Positions 9,686 through 19,139 are shown, numbered from the stretch's first letter. The stretch: 64,000 bases of DNA from Lachnospiraceae bacterium (GCA_024693135.1 JAILLN010000032.1:732-64731); one strand, 5' to 3'. Numbers and translations: made by a program. Notes: a model not told the origin generated them from the sequence alone.

Positions 9686-11131
9686 TTATTCTCTTTTACC
9701 GGTCCGGATAAAATCAATCAGTTCCTCGAAATCCTCGAAATCATCGTAGTCTCCCATTATTCCTTCCCGATGATAAACGATGCCTGCCTGTTCATTGCGT
9801 TCCAAACAATCAAGCAGTTCTTCAACCCCATAACGTCGGGCAAATTCTGCGAAAGCTCTCGGCTTGATTTTTTCTGCATATAGTCCCTTACGGCATTCCG
9901 CAGGTGTACACTCATAGCATCCATTCAGATTTTTTTCAATACCGCATTTGCGAACCTCACACCATTCTGCATCTTTACACCAAGACAGTTCCATGAAACC
10001 ATCTCGTTTACATCCTTTGCAGGTAACATTTTCAGAACATAAGCAGCAAGCCAACCCGCAGCGTGCAATTCCAAGTTCCCTTTTCATGGTTCTCCTTAAT
10101 GCCGTCCAATCTTCCTTTGTCATCAGACTCACATGACCTGTCCTCTTCTCATGCATCAATGGCACATCCACATTCTCCGATCGCCACTGATACTGAAAGC
10201 CACATTTTTCCTGGACACGCTTGGACTTGGCATTGCCTTCGTAATATCCAATCCAGACCTTCTGCATACCGCAGTCCTCAAAAGCATGGCGCAACATCTC
10301 TTTCACCGCTTCCGGCATGATGCCCTGTCCCCAGAACGGTTTCCCAAGCCAGTAACCCATCTCACATTCGTCATCCCTGTCCGTCATATCGGTATGTCCG
10401 TTCAACTTCAGTTCTATCGCTCCGATCGCTTTCCCGTCCTCTTTCAGGCAGATTGCATATGCTTCTTTGCCGCTCAGCACATTCTTTATCACATCCCTGC
10501 TCTCATCCAAGCTCTGATGATAAGGCCATCCAGCGATCGGGCCCACATCCGGATCGCTGGCATATTTGTATAAATCCTCTGCATCGCTATCTTCCCAGCT
10601 GCGCAGGATCAGACGTTTTGTTTCAAGCGTCCTTTTTATGAATATCTCCATATCCGCACATTTCCAGATGCCGATCGGCATTTGGCACTCTCTTCTTGCA
10701 TACTCCACAAAACCTGCCGCTTCATAACAATGCCTTGCGCTCTCATTATTCTCGAATACGCCCAGATCAATCCTTGTGGCACGGAGATGTTCCTTTACAT
10801 ATCCTATTCCAAGTCGAAGCAGTTCTTTGCCGTACCCTTTTCCTCTCATAGCAGGATTGACTATTACAAAGCCAAACCGAACCGAACTGTCATCGTCATC
10901 TCGCGGGTATCTTATGATAAAATGGCCAACAACCTCCCCATTGCCGTCTACTGCAGTGAGCGGAATAAACCTTCCCGTTGCAAGCTGAGGCGTATAATTC
11001 TCATTTATGTCCTCTCCAGAAAGAGGATACTTATTGAATCTGTCGGCAGACCATTTGTATAATTCTTTCTCTGATCGCAGCCACCCGGCTATAATCTGCG
11101 CATCTTCCCTTTTGAAATCTCTCAATATCAT
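9686..11131 (-). CDS. Fusion of GNAT acetyltransferase, RimJ/RimL-type GNAT and Cys-rich DUF3795-like domain
   Basis: MRGKGYG and N..ARHCYEAAGF; LETKRLILR..WGQGIM..N.KSKRVQEKCGF; IARCGLACCLC...CKGC. Confidence 0.8.
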   Translation of the reverse strand: MILRDFKREDAQIIAGWLRSEKELYKWSADRFNKYPLSGEDINENYTPQLATGRFIPLTAVDGNGEVVGHFIIRYPRDDDDSSVRFGFVIVNPAMRGKGYGKELLRLGIGYVKEHLRATRIDLGVFENNESARHCYEAAGFVEYARRECQMPIGIWKCADMEIFIKRTLETKRLILRSWEDSDAEDLYKYASDPDVGPIAGWPYHQSLDESRDVIKNVLSGKEAYAICLKEDGKAIGAIELKLNGHTDMTDRDDECEMGYWLGKPFWGQGIMPEAVKEMLRHAFEDCGMQKVWIGYYEGNAKSKRVQEKCGFQYQWRSENVDVPLMHEKRTGHVSLMTKEDWTALRRTMKRELGIARCGLACCLCSENVTCKGCKRDGFMELSWCKDAEWCEVRKCGIEKNLNGCYECTPAECRKGLYAEKIKPRAFAEFARRYGVEELLDCLERNEQAGIVYHREGIMGDYDDFEDFEELIDFIRTGKRE

Positions 11132-11164
11132 AAGCGGCTTACCTGTCCTGTATCATCCTTATAT

Positions 11165-11383
11165 TTAAAATGCTCCATAATCTATCATGTCCCCATGCAG
11201 ATTATTTGCTATTGCCGATGCTTCTTCTCTGCACTTATCAAGACTCCATTCTTCTACAAATGAAATCGGCGGAAGGATCCAGTCTCCATCCACATTTCTC
11301 CAACACTCTGTGACAACCTGATGCCGGATAAAGTTATCCAGTGAATGGGAATGAACGTTTATCTTCCGTTAGTCTCTAATCAT
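11165..11383 (-). pseudogene. N-terminal fragment of a GNAT-family gene; paralogous to 15322-15510
   Basis: Encodes SLDNFIRHQVVTECWRNVDGDWILPPISFVEEWSLDKCREEA, with stops; ~120 bp near-identical to 15370-15500. Confidence 0.65.
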
Positions 11384-11427
11384 TTAGCTGACCCGGCTTT
11401 GTATCCGACAGGAGGCTGTCCAGCTCG

Positions 11428-11632
11428 TCAGCCGGGATCTGTTCCGTCTCCTTTCATCTGATCCAGGACTTCCTTCAGTTCCCGGGCAGAATATCGTTTT
11501 TCTGCTTCCAGGCTGATGCAGCGCTCTATGATGTCCCACAGTTTTCCAGGAGCCATTTCTTCCTTCGGAAACCTACCCGTCACCATGATGTTGAGAAGCA
11601 TTCCCAGGGCATAGATGTCCGTTTTATCCGAC
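11428..11632 (-). pseudogene. C-lobe fragment of a Ser/Thr protein kinase
   Basis: SDKTDIYALGMLLNIMVTGRFP...IIERCISLEAEKRYSA (Hanks subdomains IX-XI); no start codon. Confidence 0.75.
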
Positions 11633-11971
11633 TATGCAGATCCATTCCCCATAGTCCTCCCGGAATCCCGGCTGGATGTTCATCATCTTTCCACAGCCGT
11701 CGCAGATCCAGGCAATGTCGTTTTTGGCATCCACTTCCGGATTGATCAACATCTCACCGCACCCGAGGCAGTTCCAGAAAGACAGCTCGTTGCTGTATCC
11801 CTTCTGCAGGGTAAGGTTGGCATCACAGCGAGGGCAGAATTCATATGGAGCTCCCTGCCCCATCGGCAGATCTTTCCGGATCAGGTTCTGTATTTTGTTG
11901 AGAATAATGCTGAGTCCTTTTGACATTCGATTATCCGGTTTTGAAAACACATCTGCCATATTTCTGCTCAA
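11624..11971 (-). CDS. Multi zinc-ribbon protein, C-terminally truncated
   Basis: CPRC, CLGC, CDGC motifs; the fourth CxxC is cut (WICIVG*) where the kinase fragment begins. Confidence 0.6.
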   Translation of the reverse strand: MSRNMADVFSKPDNRMSKGLSIILNKIQNLIRKDLPMGQGAPYEFCPRCDANLTLQKGYSNELSFWNCLGCGEMLINPEVDAKNDIAWICDGCGKMMNIQPGFREDYGEWICIVG

Positions 11972-12447
11972 CTTTCGCTTTCCCAGCCTTTACACACATC
12001 ACACCAGCCAACTGCATCTGATGCTTTCTCCAATTCCTCCGGTGTCAGCTTTACCGATACAAATTCATTACCGCCCGCAGGATGAATATACGCAAACCTC
12101 TTCATGGAGACATCTAGCCATACCGGAATGCCCTCCCTGACTCCAAAAGGACATACTCCTCCCGGTGCAAACCCGATCAGCTCCTCTACCTGATCTCTCG
12201 GCACCATGCTGGGCTTCGTGTGAAATTGCGCCTTAAACTTCGAACTGTTCACACGCCCGTCCCCGGCCATCACCACGATCACCGGTTTCTCATCCACGAT
12301 AAAGGATAGCGTCTTTGCTATCTCAGCCTCAGAACATCCGATCTGTTGCGCCGCATGCTCCACTGTATCTATTGTCTCGATATGCTCCGTGATCCGCTCC
12401 GCATATCCCTTTTTATCCAGCCATTCATATACCATTTCATTCAGCAT
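11968..12447 (-). CDS. YbaK/EbsC family aminoacyl-tRNA deacylase
   Basis: IAKTL and GFAPGGVCPFG motifs. Confidence 0.9.
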   Translation of the reverse strand: MLNEMVYEWLDKKGYAERITEHIETIDTVEHAAQQIGCSEAEIAKTLSFIVDEKPVIVVMAGDGRVNSSKFKAQFHTKPSMVPRDQVEELIGFAPGGVCPFGVREGIPVWLDVSMKRFAYIHPAGGNEFVSVKLTPEELEKASDAVGWCDVCKGWESES

Positions 12448-12585
12448 GATTTGTCCTCACATATTTTGCCTTGCACCTTTAGCGCCCCGCTCAGCGAATA
12501 CGGTATTCCTCTCGGTTCCCTGACCGCAAAGATCCCGTACCCTTCCTTTTGATGTATTCTAAAGCGGCTTCCCGCGTTTCAGTTC

Positions 12586-12706
12586 TCACCTTCTGATAAA
12601 TTCTTCATCTTTAGCCGGTACCCAGCCCTCGTCAGATACATACCTTTCTACTTTCATATGCAGATCATACTTATCTCTCAGTTCCGCAATCGCCGCCATC
12701 ATCGGT
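12586..12706 (-). pseudogene. C-terminal fragment resembling an ABM/putative quinol monooxygenase
   Basis: PMMAAIAELRDKYDLHMKVERYVSDE...FIRR*; no cognate start, preceded by an unrelated MDFKELM stub. Confidence 0.45.
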
Positions 12707-12739
12707 AAACATCATGAGTTCCTTGAAATCCATGTATTT

Positions 12740-13249
12740 TTACTCTCCTACGCTCCCGATCTCCGTATAGATCATCCCGTTCTTTCCTCGCTCCGATCGC
12801 ATTAGTGATACTCTCGCAGCCACCATGCTCCCCTTCGGCGGATCTGAAACCGGGATCTCTCTTCCGCCTCTGCAGGAATACTTCCTGATCAGTGTGATGT
12901 GAGGCGAGAACCGTTTCTTATCAAACGGTATGCCCTGCTCTGCAAGCTCCCGGCGAAGTCGCTTCACATATCCTATAAGCTGCGGATTATCTGCCAGTCC
13001 CACCCAGAACAGCTCTCCGAAACTGCCTACGCCATCCAGGCTGATCTCAATCGGCCTGAAATCCACTTGTTCCATGGCATCCAAAACTTCATCCGGATTC
13101 CCATAGTCTCCAATGAAGGCCAGAGTGATGTGCAGGTTCTCCCGTTTGGTATAATTCCCTGTCACGCCCTGGCTTTTCAGATCAGCCTGAAAGTCCGTCA
13201 GAGCATCAAGGATGTTTTCCTCAAATTGGATCGCGATAAAAAGTCTCAT
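12740..13249 (-). CDS. thpR: RNA 2',3'-cyclic phosphodiesterase (2H family)
   Basis: MRLFIAI start and two HxT motifs (LHITLAF, PHITL). Confidence 0.9.
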   Translation of the reverse strand: MRLFIAIQFEENILDALTDFQADLKSQGVTGNYTKRENLHITLAFIGDYGNPDEVLDAMEQVDFRPIEISLDGVGSFGELFWVGLADNPQLIGYVKRLRRELAEQGIPFDKKRFSPHITLIRKYSCRGGREIPVSDPPKGSMVAARVSLMRSERGKNGMIYTEIGSVGE

Positions 13250-13766
13250 ATTCCTTTGCCGCCTCCTGCATCTCCGAAGCCGTAAATGCACAGAGCTTTA
13301 CATCAATCTCATAATCCGGATGATCCGTTATAAACTTCTGATACGCTCTCAGACACTGCTTTGCCGACTCTGCCGCAGGATTTTCCAATGATCCGCCAAA
13401 TATACCCGAACTGATCAACGGGAATGAAATGCTATGATATCCATTCTTCATCAGCACCTTCAGCGAATTATAATAGGCATCAAACAGCTCTTTAAATGCT
13501 GTCGGTGTAACAGCAAAATTGGGGCCAACGGCGTGTATGACCGTCTTCGCATTTGACATGTTGAAAGCCGGCGTAATTACCGCATCGCCATCGTTAAGCG
13601 GTGTCTTATATTTCCTGCAAGCCTCAGTAAGCTCTGTCATCCCCGCTTTTCTGAAGATCACCCCACAGATCCCGCCGCCTGCCCACAGGCCATCATTCGC
13701 AGCATTTACAACAGCATCCACAGTCTGATCTGCACAGGAACCATTGATCAGTTCTATCCTGCTCAT
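13221..13766 (-). CDS. Macro domain protein (ADP-ribose binding/hydrolase)
   Basis: DAVVNAAN..GGGICG, IHAVGP, PLISSGIFG. Confidence 0.9.
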   Translation of the reverse strand: MSRIELINGSCADQTVDAVVNAANDGLWAGGGICGVIFRKAGMTELTEACRKYKTPLNDGDAVITPAFNMSNAKTVIHAVGPNFAVTPTAFKELFDAYYNSLKVLMKNGYHSISFPLISSGIFGGSLENPAAESAKQCLRAYQKFITDHPDYEIDVKLCAFTASEMQEAAKEYETFYRDPI

Positions 13767-14113
13767 AGCGCCTTCCTCCATTCCTCTTCTTTGAATCCTG
13801 TAAGAACCGTGTCCTCCGTGATCAGAAGCGGCCTCTTGACCAGCATCCCATCCGATGCCAGGAGCTTGAACATTTCATCCTCGCTCATATCCAAAAGCTT
13901 CTTTGACAGCTCCATCTCCCGGTAAAGCTGACCGCTGGTATTGAAAAACTTCTTCAACGGCAGACCGCTCTTCTTATATAACTGACGCAGTGTCTTTTCA
14001 TCAGGATGGTCTTCCTTGATATCGATCTGCTCATACTCGATCTTATTATCAGCCAGCCACTTCAGCGCCTTCTTGCATGTCGTACACCGTGCATAACAAT
14101 AAACTTTCGTCAT
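13763..14113 (-). CDS. ArsC/Spx-family (YffB-like) protein
   Basis: CTTCKKA, FFNTSG, MLVKRP. Confidence 0.9.
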   Translation of the reverse strand: MTKVYCYARCTTCKKALKWLADNKIEYEQIDIKEDHPDEKTLRQLYKKSGLPLKKFFNTSGQLYREMELSKKLLDMSEDEMFKLLASDGMLVKRPLLITEDTVLTGFKEEEWRKAL

Positions 14114-14134
14114 ACCATTCCTCCATTATTGTAT

Positions 14135-14525
14135 TTATTCCACAAGCCTTCTTATCGTCTCCCAGTCATTGCATCGATGATGGTTTTCTCCGGGAAACTC
14201 ACATTCCTGATTCCATAGTCTGTCATATACCATCACCTTCAGTTTAACCAGATGCCCAAAGAACCGGAATGCCGACGGAGAATCCTTACCACATAATCAA
14301 AATGCATCTTGTAATAGTCCTCCACCTCAAGGCTGAAGCCACTATTCTTAATAAAGCTGTCGCGGCCATATTTGTTGAGGCAGTACAATGTGACCCGTTC
14401 AAGTCCGTGGCGGTCAAGCCATTCCCGCGATGCTGCGTAAGCGCTGTACGGTCTTCCTGTTATTATGGACACATCATGACCGTTATCTGCCCAGCCGTTA
14501 ACTGTTTCTATCGCTCCGGGCGTTT
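14135..14525 (-). pseudogene. C-terminal part of a HAD-superfamily 5'(3')-nucleotidase-like gene, frameshifted
   Basis: PGAIETVNGW..VSIITGRP..SREWL; frameshift near 14285 then (E)DSP..KVMVYDRLWN..RCNDWETI*; lacks the N-terminal DxD motif. Confidence 0.65.
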
Positions 14526-14651
14526 CCCCGGCCAGAAAAATGGAGGTCCATCTGCTCCGCCGATGATCTCCACACCTTCTTCATGTATTCCGCAGCCGGG
14601 CGCGGTAAGGATCAGCGCGGCTAATATAACGGCATAAGTCCCCTTCTTCAT
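14520..14651 (-). pseudogene. Truncated paralog of the 8893-9528 lipoprotein (5' end only)
   Basis: MKKGTYAVILAALILTAPGCGIHEEGVEIIGGADGP; DNA closely matches 9400-9545, including the RBS. Confidence 0.85.
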
Positions 14652-14699
14652 GGATCGTTCCTTTCTTTCTTCATAATATCCATCCCCTGTTGTACGGGG

Positions 14700-14772
14700 A
14701 CCGCTTTTATCACATCCCGGCCTTCATCAACATTCTGGTGAGGCGGCCAACCGGCGGCCGGACCCATCCGGC
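14700..14772 (-). pseudogene. Internal fragment of a RimL-type GNAT
   Basis: GPAAGWPPHQNVDEGRDVIK vs GPIAGWPYHQSLDESRDVIK at ~10485-10550. Confidence 0.65.
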
Positions 14773-14778
14773 TATAAT

Positions 14779-15213
14779 TTATGCATCTTCTTTTTTGTTA
14801 TCTTTCAGTATCATCATTCTATGCCTCAGGTTTTTCTCCTTTTCAAAAAATGCCTTTTTCAGTCTCTCATATTCATCATCCGTACACATCTGACGACACA
14901 TCGGTTCAAAGGATTTTGTCACCGCAAAGCACTCTTCAATATTTTCGCAGGGATACTCGGCACACTCGCCGCAGGTCTTTATCCCGCGATCCACGCAGCA
15001 TTTAATGACCCGGTATCTGCACCAGTTTTCCGGCTTACATCCTGTACATGAAATCTCTTTATTTGTTACGATGTGGTCACGATATCCGATTTTCATCCAT
15101 AGTTCTGCTGTATGATGCAGTTCTTCATCTGTTTTCTCATATGGATGTGCGGTATATCTCGGGCAGGCGACACAATCATTTCCACATGCAGCGATAATCT
15201 TTTCTTCCATCAT
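14779..15213 (-). CDS. DUF3795-like Cys-rich protein
   Basis: IAACGNDCVACP, CTGC, CC...CGECAEYPC. Confidence 0.8.
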   Translation of the reverse strand: MMEEKIIAACGNDCVACPRYTAHPYEKTDEELHHTAELWMKIGYRDHIVTNKEISCTGCKPENWCRYRVIKCCVDRGIKTCGECAEYPCENIEECFAVTKSFEPMCRQMCTDDEYERLKKAFFEKEKNLRHRMMILKDNKKEDA

Positions 15214-15321
15214 TTTTCACCTCTTTTTCTTGGAAGCCGGAAGTTCAAACGACAGGGATGTCGCCTTTGCCAAGCTCCTTCAGGATAACCATAACACAAT
15301 CCTTCTTTGGTAAAAACAAAT

Positions 15322-15516
15322 TTATAACACATATTCCAACTGTACATCAAATGGTTCTTCCTCTGCAATCCATTCTTCTACAAATGAAATCGGCAGAAGG
15401 ATCCAGTCTCCATCCACATTTCTCCAACACTCTTTGACAACCTGATGCCGGATAAAGTTATCCAGTGAATGGGAATTAAAATTATCTTCCGTCAGCCTCT
15501 CTACTCTTATTTCCAT
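15322..15516 (-). pseudogene. GNAT-family gene with a large in-frame internal deletion
   Basis: The N-terminus (...PISFVEEW) is joined directly to a C-terminal-like IAEEEPFDVQLEYVL*, while the paralog at 11.2 kb continues EEWSLDKC. Confidence 0.6.
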
Positions 15517-15574
15517 ACTTAATCCATACCTCAGCATCTGTGTCTTGCGGATTATGGGATCCCGAACGCTAAAT

Positions 15575-15702
15575 AAAATCCTTTATTGTGCTTGTATAGC
15601 GATGGATCTTTGATCCCGACAATATTTGCGATCTGTTCCATCGTATCCATTCTCTGCAAATAATATCAGTGCAACATCCAGCATCTTCTCTTTGGCAGGC
15701 AT
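15575..15702 (-). pseudogene. TetR-family regulator remnant (HTH only)
   Basis: MPAKEKMLDVALILFAENGYDGT, then in another frame EQIANIVGIKDPSLYKH. Confidence 0.75.
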
Positions 15703-15717
15703 GACTTGCACCAATTT

Positions 15718-15758
15718 GCTAATAGCCATCAGCCTCATTATAGCTAATATATATTAGC
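15718..15758. promoter_or_regulatory. Putative TetR operator pair
   Basis: Perfect palindrome GCTAATATATATTAGC (15743-15758) and degenerate copy GCTAATAGCCATCAGC (15718-15733) just upstream of the tetR remnant. Confidence 0.55.
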
Positions 15759-15911
15759 CTCGTCAGGCAAAAAATGTGGTCAGCAGAGTTTAGTCCTCCA
15801 CTGACCTTTACAATCCATCACTTCTTTTCTATAGGTTGATTGACAGTATATCAACCAATCTTCCGACAATCAGCGGGATTAAAATCAGATCAGCTGAGTA
15901 CTAACAGAGAT

Positions 15912-15971
15912 GTCTTTCCCTTTAATTCTGGACATATTCCAACTTCTTTTCTCGGGAGATACTCCATCCAT
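15912..15971 (-). pseudogene. vsr: N-terminal stub of very-short-patch repair endonuclease
   Basis: MDGVSPEKRSWNMSRIKGKD, the characteristic Vsr N-terminus, 1 nt after the MTase stop. Confidence 0.75.
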
Positions 15972-15972
15972 T

Positions 15973-16172
15973 TCATACCTCAGCGCTAAGGCATTCAGAA
16001 ATCTTATTTGCAGCATACCAAAACATCACCAGCGGAATCGCATTACCCAAAGTCCGGTATTGAGCCGTTTCGCTCCCAGATAAAGAATAATTCTTCGGAA
16101 AAGATTGTATTCTCGCCTCTTCACGGGGAGTAAACCTTCTATATCTTCCTTTAACAAACAGAACTGGGTCTG
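15973..16172 (-). pseudogene. C-terminal fragment of a DNA (cytosine-5) methyltransferase
   Basis: RRFTPREEARIQSFP (motif IX) and AQYRTLGNAIP (motif X). Confidence 0.8.
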
Positions 16173-16305
16173 TATTGGTGAAGGTATTCCTTCAAGCCGT
16201 CAAGTTTCGAGAAGTCCTGATCCACGTCAGGGTCATCCGTTGCTCCCGTGCTGATCTTGCCGTCAACTGACGCAGCATGAATAGCATAGTAATGGGTCGG
16301 TTCAT
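16170..16305 (-). pseudogene. N-terminal fragment of a RibD-C/dihydrofolate reductase-family gene
   Basis: MNRPITMLFML, then frameshifted SVDGKISTGATDD. Confidence 0.6.
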
Positions 16306-16405
16306 TCTTTCACATACGATTTGAAGCCTAAATGCTGGGGTTTCCTACCAATCATAAGACTCTCAGTAAAAAAAACTTATGCTATGTCTGAGGCTTCCTC
16401 TGCAT

Positions 16406-17374
16406 TTAATCCATCCATTCGTATAGTATTTTATATTCATTCAATTCACCGGATGCTGTTAAAAACCCAGTGATAATCGTTTCTATTTGCGCCTTTGCCT
16501 GTCTCCAATATCCTTCATTTTTGTTTAGCTTCTCTACTGCTTCATCTTTCATTTGCTGTTGCGCCTTATTGTAGTCCATCATATTAAAAGTTGTAAACAA
16601 TCCTTTTTTACTGTCAAAACACTTAAAACTACTATTGTCGAGTTCATGATACAGTATTTGAGGAGCCGGAACTTTGACTTTGATTACCATTCTCTCGTTA
16701 TTAATGTCATACTCTATCTTATCTGTTTCTATTCCAACTCCGATTTCTCCATCATAGGAGCATATCATTTCTTTTTCCGAAAACGGAAAAGTGAAATCCA
16801 TTCCAAATAGTTCAGCCTCTTTATCTTTGGAATACGTTGTCATACCAGTATAAAAATATTTCAGTGAAACCAATTCACTAGCTGGTTGAACTAATTCTTT
16901 TAATATTTCTACATCTACCTTCGTCACTTCTTTTACAAAAGAGTCTTTAATATTTGCAAGCTCTTGGTTGGTTTTACCTGCTTGTTCTAACAATTCCTGT
17001 TTATACTTGGATTCCATGTTTTCCATTTGTTTCTGCTGATACCTGTAAAACAGAAAGAATGCAAAGCCAATCACAGCCAAAAGCAAGAATATCTTAATCG
17101 CCGAAACAATACCGGCAATCGTGCCTGAATATCTTGGCCTTTCCTGATACTGTACCACTTGAAGTGGAGGTGTCTGATTCCCTCTTCCAAACAATGATCG
17201 TTTTGCTTGTGTGCCCCCCATCTTAGAAGGATTCTGCTGTACCTGCTGTGGATTATTCGTATAATTCGTATAAGCAGTCCCGGTTGGATTTCCCAAAGGA
17301 TATCCGCAAACAAAACATTCTCCCGTATCATTCAGTACATTTGATCCACAATTCGGACATTTGATTAACGCCAT
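16406..17374 (-). CDS. Zinc-ribbon + TM + DUF4230-like protein (AT-rich gene)
   Basis: CPNC..CFVC, one TM helix, SELVSLKYFY..YDGEIGVGI..VKVPAPQI pattern. Confidence 0.65.
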   Translation of the reverse strand: MALIKCPNCGSNVLNDTGECFVCGYPLGNPTGTAYTNYTNNPQQVQQNPSKMGGTQAKRSLFGRGNQTPPLQVVQYQERPRYSGTIAGIVSAIKIFLLLAVIGFAFFLFYRYQQKQMENMESKYKQELLEQAGKTNQELANIKDSFVKEVTKVDVEILKELVQPASELVSLKYFYTGMTTYSKDKEAELFGMDFTFPFSEKEMICSYDGEIGVGIETDKIEYDINNERMVIKVKVPAPQILYHELDNSSFKCFDSKKGLFTTFNMMDYNKAQQQMKDEAVEKLNKNEGYWRQAKAQIETIITGFLTASGELNEYKILYEWMD

Positions 17375-17507
17375 GTATATGTTCTCCTTCAAATCCTACC
17401 ATCGTCATAAAGACAGTATTTCAAGCCCAAATAAAATACTATCACAAACCAATTCCATATTCCATAGCAACCCTGTCAGATACGGGAGATAGAATCATAC
17501 GTTTCCT

Positions 17508-18704
17508 TTACCACGGCTGGGCATAGCACTCGACCGTATCATGGACTGGCCAGTCATCATAGCTGGTGATCTGGAATGGCTTGGACTGGCCTGCTTTCAG
17601 GCCGGAGACATAGTCATATTCCATATATACGATCTTTCCCTCATTCCTCAGGATGACCGATAGCATGACAGAATCCAGGTCTGTGGCGGAATTGTTGGCA
17701 ATCTCACCGGTGACATAGTTTTCTCCGTCGGAAGTCCTTTCCGAAACATTGGTAAACGAGAACTCTGAGCATTTCACATTTTTATATAAGGAATTGCTCC
17801 TGCCGAATTCATGGCATTCTGTCTCAAAGATAATCTGGGCATCCTCCGCAAGGTCGGACGTGGCCATGGAGAAGGATCCGATGATCGGTACCGTGTCGCC
17901 CGGCATGATGATCCCGCCTCCAGATTCATCCGTCGCCATGATGCTCCCATCCCCGTTCCGGATCGTCACGATCAGCTTCGGGTATTCTGCGATCAGTACT
18001 TCATTCGGGTTATGAACCATCCCGCAGTAATCAACATACACGGTATCCCCAAACGAAGTATCCTCTTTATACCAGCCATACTCCTTGAGCTCCAGCGGAA
18101 GCTCCTCCTGGGATCCCTCCTCATCACCTGAAGATCCTAAGGAAAATGAGGAAGCATTGTTATATGAAACCGGTTTTTCAGGCTTCCGGTTTTCTTTTAC
18201 TTCCGCTTTTTCTTCAGTCACAGCCGCATCACTTGTTTCCTCTGCCTGCGGCTGCGGAGAATCCGCATCTTCCTGTCCGTTCAGGCCCGGATCCGGTTCC
18301 GTTGTTTTACCGGAGGATGCTATCGTGGCATCCGTTTCTTTTGCCTTTTTCACTTTTTTATAGGTGATGACCCAGGAGCCGAGGGTATTCTCTATGGTTT
18401 CCGTCCTGACTACCACCGTATCCCCGGCTTTGATATCCGGATTCCGCTTCGATATGAAATTCAGGTGCTCACCTGCCCATACATTGTATCCCAGCGGGGA
18501 ATCCGGATGAAGCTCCTTTGCGATAAAACGAACCACCTTTCCCTCCAGGTTCTCTCCTTCATTCAGAGCGTCTTCAAATGACTCAGCATCCCCGTAATCA
18601 ATGGCATTTCCTGCTTTCAGCTTTGCCCCGCACCCCGAAAGCAGGGCTGTGGCAATCAGGGCAAAAAAAATTGCCAGGCTCCCCATCTTTTTCATACTTT
18701 TCAT
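17508..18704 (-). CDS. Acidic lipoprotein with C-terminal FxLYD-like Ig domains
   Basis: Lipobox LSGC; VTGEIANNS..VILRNEGKIV..LKAGQSKPF. Confidence 0.65.
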   Translation of the reverse strand: MKSMKKMGSLAIFFALIATALLSGCGAKLKAGNAIDYGDAESFEDALNEGENLEGKVVRFIAKELHPDSPLGYNVWAGEHLNFISKRNPDIKAGDTVVVRTETIENTLGSWVITYKKVKKAKETDATIASSGKTTEPDPGLNGQEDADSPQPQAEETSDAAVTEEKAEVKENRKPEKPVSYNNASSFSLGSSGDEEGSQEELPLELKEYGWYKEDTSFGDTVYVDYCGMVHNPNEVLIAEYPKLIVTIRNGDGSIMATDESGGGIIMPGDTVPIIGSFSMATSDLAEDAQIIFETECHEFGRSNSLYKNVKCSEFSFTNVSERTSDGENYVTGEIANNSATDLDSVMLSVILRNEGKIVYMEYDYVSGLKAGQSKPFQITSYDDWPVHDTVECYAQPW

Positions 18705-19042
18705 GACTCGTTCCCTCCTTCTTCTTTTCCGGTATCCTTGTTATTTCCCGGACGGATTACAATGTAGCCAAAGGACTCCAGGGCAGAGATCACGTCCGGC
18801 GTGATATCCGCTTTAATACCAATATCCTCCGCATTTTCTCCGCCCATGATCTTATAAAAGACTCCCACAGGAACCCTCAGTGCCTTCGCAAGCTTCGGCA
18901 GGTTGTCCCTTTCCGGGATTCCTGCATCCTTCTCCCATTTGGCAACTGCAGATTTAGAGACCGGCAGCTTCCCCGCCAGCTCCTCCTGCGTCAGGCGGAG
19001 GTGCTTCCTCCTTCTGGTAATGAACTGGCCCAAGGTCATCAT
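18701..19042 (-). CDS. XRE-family HTH transcriptional regulator
   Basis: LTQEELAGKLPVSKSAVAKWE..P..LAKAL. Confidence 0.85.
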   Translation of the reverse strand: MMTLGQFITRRRKHLRLTQEELAGKLPVSKSAVAKWEKDAGIPERDNLPKLAKALRVPVGVFYKIMGGENAEDIGIKADITPDVISALESFGYIVIRPGNNKDTGKEEGGNES

Positions 19043-19139
19043 CTTTCCTTTCTCCTCTGAAACAGGATTCACTTTTCTTCCACGCAGCGTGCACGCATCC
19101 CGGATACGCCATTACCATATCAGCTTTTAAAAACAAATA

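Noticed and set aside
11248-15500. Diversity-generating retroelement TR/VR pair
   Set aside because: Differences between the copies are not adenine-specific, and no reverse transcriptase is present.
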